From IMG/VR virus record IMGVR_UViG_3300037483_001077, positions 1 through 24,802 of that record: a stretch of DNA of 24,802 nt. The stretch is one strand, 5' to 3'. Both the position numbers and the translations under genes were made by a program. The notes below the pieces were generated by a model. That model had not been told where the DNA came from. It made no database searches and saw only the letters and a program-made list of their open reading frames with translations. Shown here piece after piece: positions 23,925 through 24,802 of this stretch; position 1 is the first letter of the stretch; every line of letters starts with the position of its first letter. Origin of the DNA: a virus. Taxonomy: Duplodnaviria > Caudoviricetes.

Positions 23925-24608
23925 ATGCTCCGGGCCTGGCTGCGCCGGATTATCACGCGGTCCGGACTCAAACCCACGCCATTCGCCGAAGCCTGCGGCC
24001 TTGCGCCCTCGACGGTGATCCGCGCGCTCGACGAGAACAACCCCGGCCACCTGAGCTGGCGCACCATCGACCGGATTGTCCGACGGTTCGGCGTCTCGCC
24101 GCCCACCGCGGCGGACCCGCTCGCGGAGGCGACCGAGGGCTTCGCCGAGGACGTGGCGCCGTTCCAAACCGCGCCGCCGCCGGAGCTGCGCCCGACCCAC
24201 GCCGATCAGAGCGTTTGGACCGTTCGCGGGCGCAGTCTCGATCTGGCCGGCTACGTTCCCGGCGACCTCATCCTGCTCGATCGCGGCGTCCGGCCCCGGC
24301 CGGGAGACGCGGTTTGCGCCCAGGTGATCGACCATATGCGTGGCGGCGCCGAGACCGTGTTCCGCGTCTGGGATCCGCCGTATCTCATCACCGAGACCGG
24401 CGACAGCACCGCCCGCCGCAAGCCGCTGCTCGTCGATGATGACCGGGTGGCGATCGTCGGAACCGTGGTGCGAGCCCTCCGGCTTCGCGCCCTCGAGCAC
24501 AATGGCGGCGAGGCGGCCCGGCCGGAGCTACCGCCGGCGGCCGTCGAGCCCGACGACGACGGCGACGATCAGCGCGGTCGTCAGCAAAACGCCGCCGCGC
24601 GGCGATAG
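23925..24608 (+). CDS. CI/LexA-like repressor (HTH + S24-like domain)
   Basis: SGLKPTPFAEACGLAPSTVIRAL HTH; VRGRSL...GYVPGDLILLD...PRPGDAVCA...IVGTVV S24 fold. Start is ATG 23925 (GAGGA) or GTG 23883 (GGGAG). Confidence 0.88.
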   Translation: MLRAWLRRIITRSGLKPTPFAEACGLAPSTVIRALDENNPGHLSWRTIDRIVRRFGVSPPTAADPLAEATEGFAEDVAPFQTAPPPELRPTHADQSVWTVRGRSLDLAGYVPGDLILLDRGVRPRPGDAVCAQVIDHMRGGAETVFRVWDPPYLITETGDSTARRKPLLVDDDRVAIVGTVVRALRLRALEHNGGEAARPELPPAAVEPDDDGDDQRGRQQNAAARR

Positions 24609-24734
24609 CCCCAGAATCTCCGTCGCCAGCCACGCCCCGAACTGGACGAGGCCGACGAACGCCGCCGCCGCCGCGGCCAGCCCCGCCACCACGAACAGCC
24701 ATCCCCGCTCACGTGCCAGATCGCGAAGCCCCAT
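24528..24734 (-). CDS. Small two-TM membrane protein
   Basis: 68 aa with two hydrophobic segments flanked by basic residues. Overlaps the repressor 3' end convergently by 81 nt; no clear RBS. Confidence 0.5.
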   Translation of the reverse strand: MGLRDLARERGWLFVVAGLAAAAAAFVGLVQFGAWLATEILGLSPRGGVLLTTALIVAVVVGLDGRRR

Positions 24735-24771
24735 GCCGGCGACTTTACCGCGCGCAACCGTTCCGGCTAAA

Positions 24772-24789
24772 TTGTTTCACGTGAAACAA
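24772..24789. promoter_or_regulatory. parS: parS centromere-like site
   Basis: TTGTTTCACGTGAAACAA contains the canonical 16-bp parS palindrome TGTTTCACGTGAAACA. Confidence 0.85.
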
Positions 24790-24802
24790 CTTGGCGCGAG
24801 AT

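Larger units (their letters stand above)
1..24802 (-). mobile_element. Temperate phage/prophage segment, podovirus-type (T7/BPP-1-like) structural module; both ends lie outside the window
   Basis: Continuous, often ATGA-coupled minus-strand gene run: switch, primase/helicase, terminases, portal, scaffold, capsid, tail tubular A/B, internal virion proteins. No host housekeeping gene recognised. Confidence 0.95.

Noticed and set aside
8609-24608. Long N-terminal extensions in the ORF track (scaffold to 10072, terL to 14345, DHH to 20683, 21170 gene to 21922, repressor from 23643)
   Set aside because: They overlap other genes or non-coding signal regions; downstream starts with an RBS or stop-start overlap fit better.
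1-24802. Diversity-generating retroelement, suggested by the BPP-1-like layout
   Set aside because: No reverse transcriptase, avd or adenine-mismatched TR/VR pair seen in this window; one could lie outside it.
1-24802. The element being a domesticated GTA rather than a phage
   Set aside because: It keeps a linked switch, primase, helicase, likely origin and a moron, as an autonomous temperate phage would. Cannot be fully excluded without the flanks.

Overview
The whole window is part of a high-GC temperate phage or prophage, probably of an alphaproteobacterial host (inferred from gene families and cis-sites). Its morphogenesis module is podovirus-type (T7/BPP-1-like). Almost all real genes are on the minus strand. 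Reading right to left: a perfect parS palindrome, a divergent cI-like/cro-like switch, small early genes including an XRE-HTH + DnaA-C/GafY-like regulator, a Toprim primase, a DHH phosphoesterase, a P-loop helicase, a three-gene moron with its own promoter, a gap-free 234-bp dyad (probable origin), terS, terL, a GNAT-like gene, portal, scaffold, an inserted five-gene head-spike/fibre cassette, major capsid, decoration protein, tail tubular A and B, and internal virion proteins (truncated at the left edge). Most notable: (i) four co-oriented GCGTTTAA-N17-(-10) late promoters plus a GTA-like regulator set (GafY-like activator, S24 repressor lacking the catalytic Lys, IHF boxes); (ii) a 34-nt hairpin element with compensatory stem changes, found three times just upstream of start codons; (iii) a repeat-flanked cassette with an RcGTA-type spike base and a 10 x 20-aa repeat fibre; (iv) a major capsid protein with a hydrophobic signal-like leader. 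No integrase, lysis genes, RNA genes or CRISPR array were seen. All family calls are from motif recognition by eye, not database searches.
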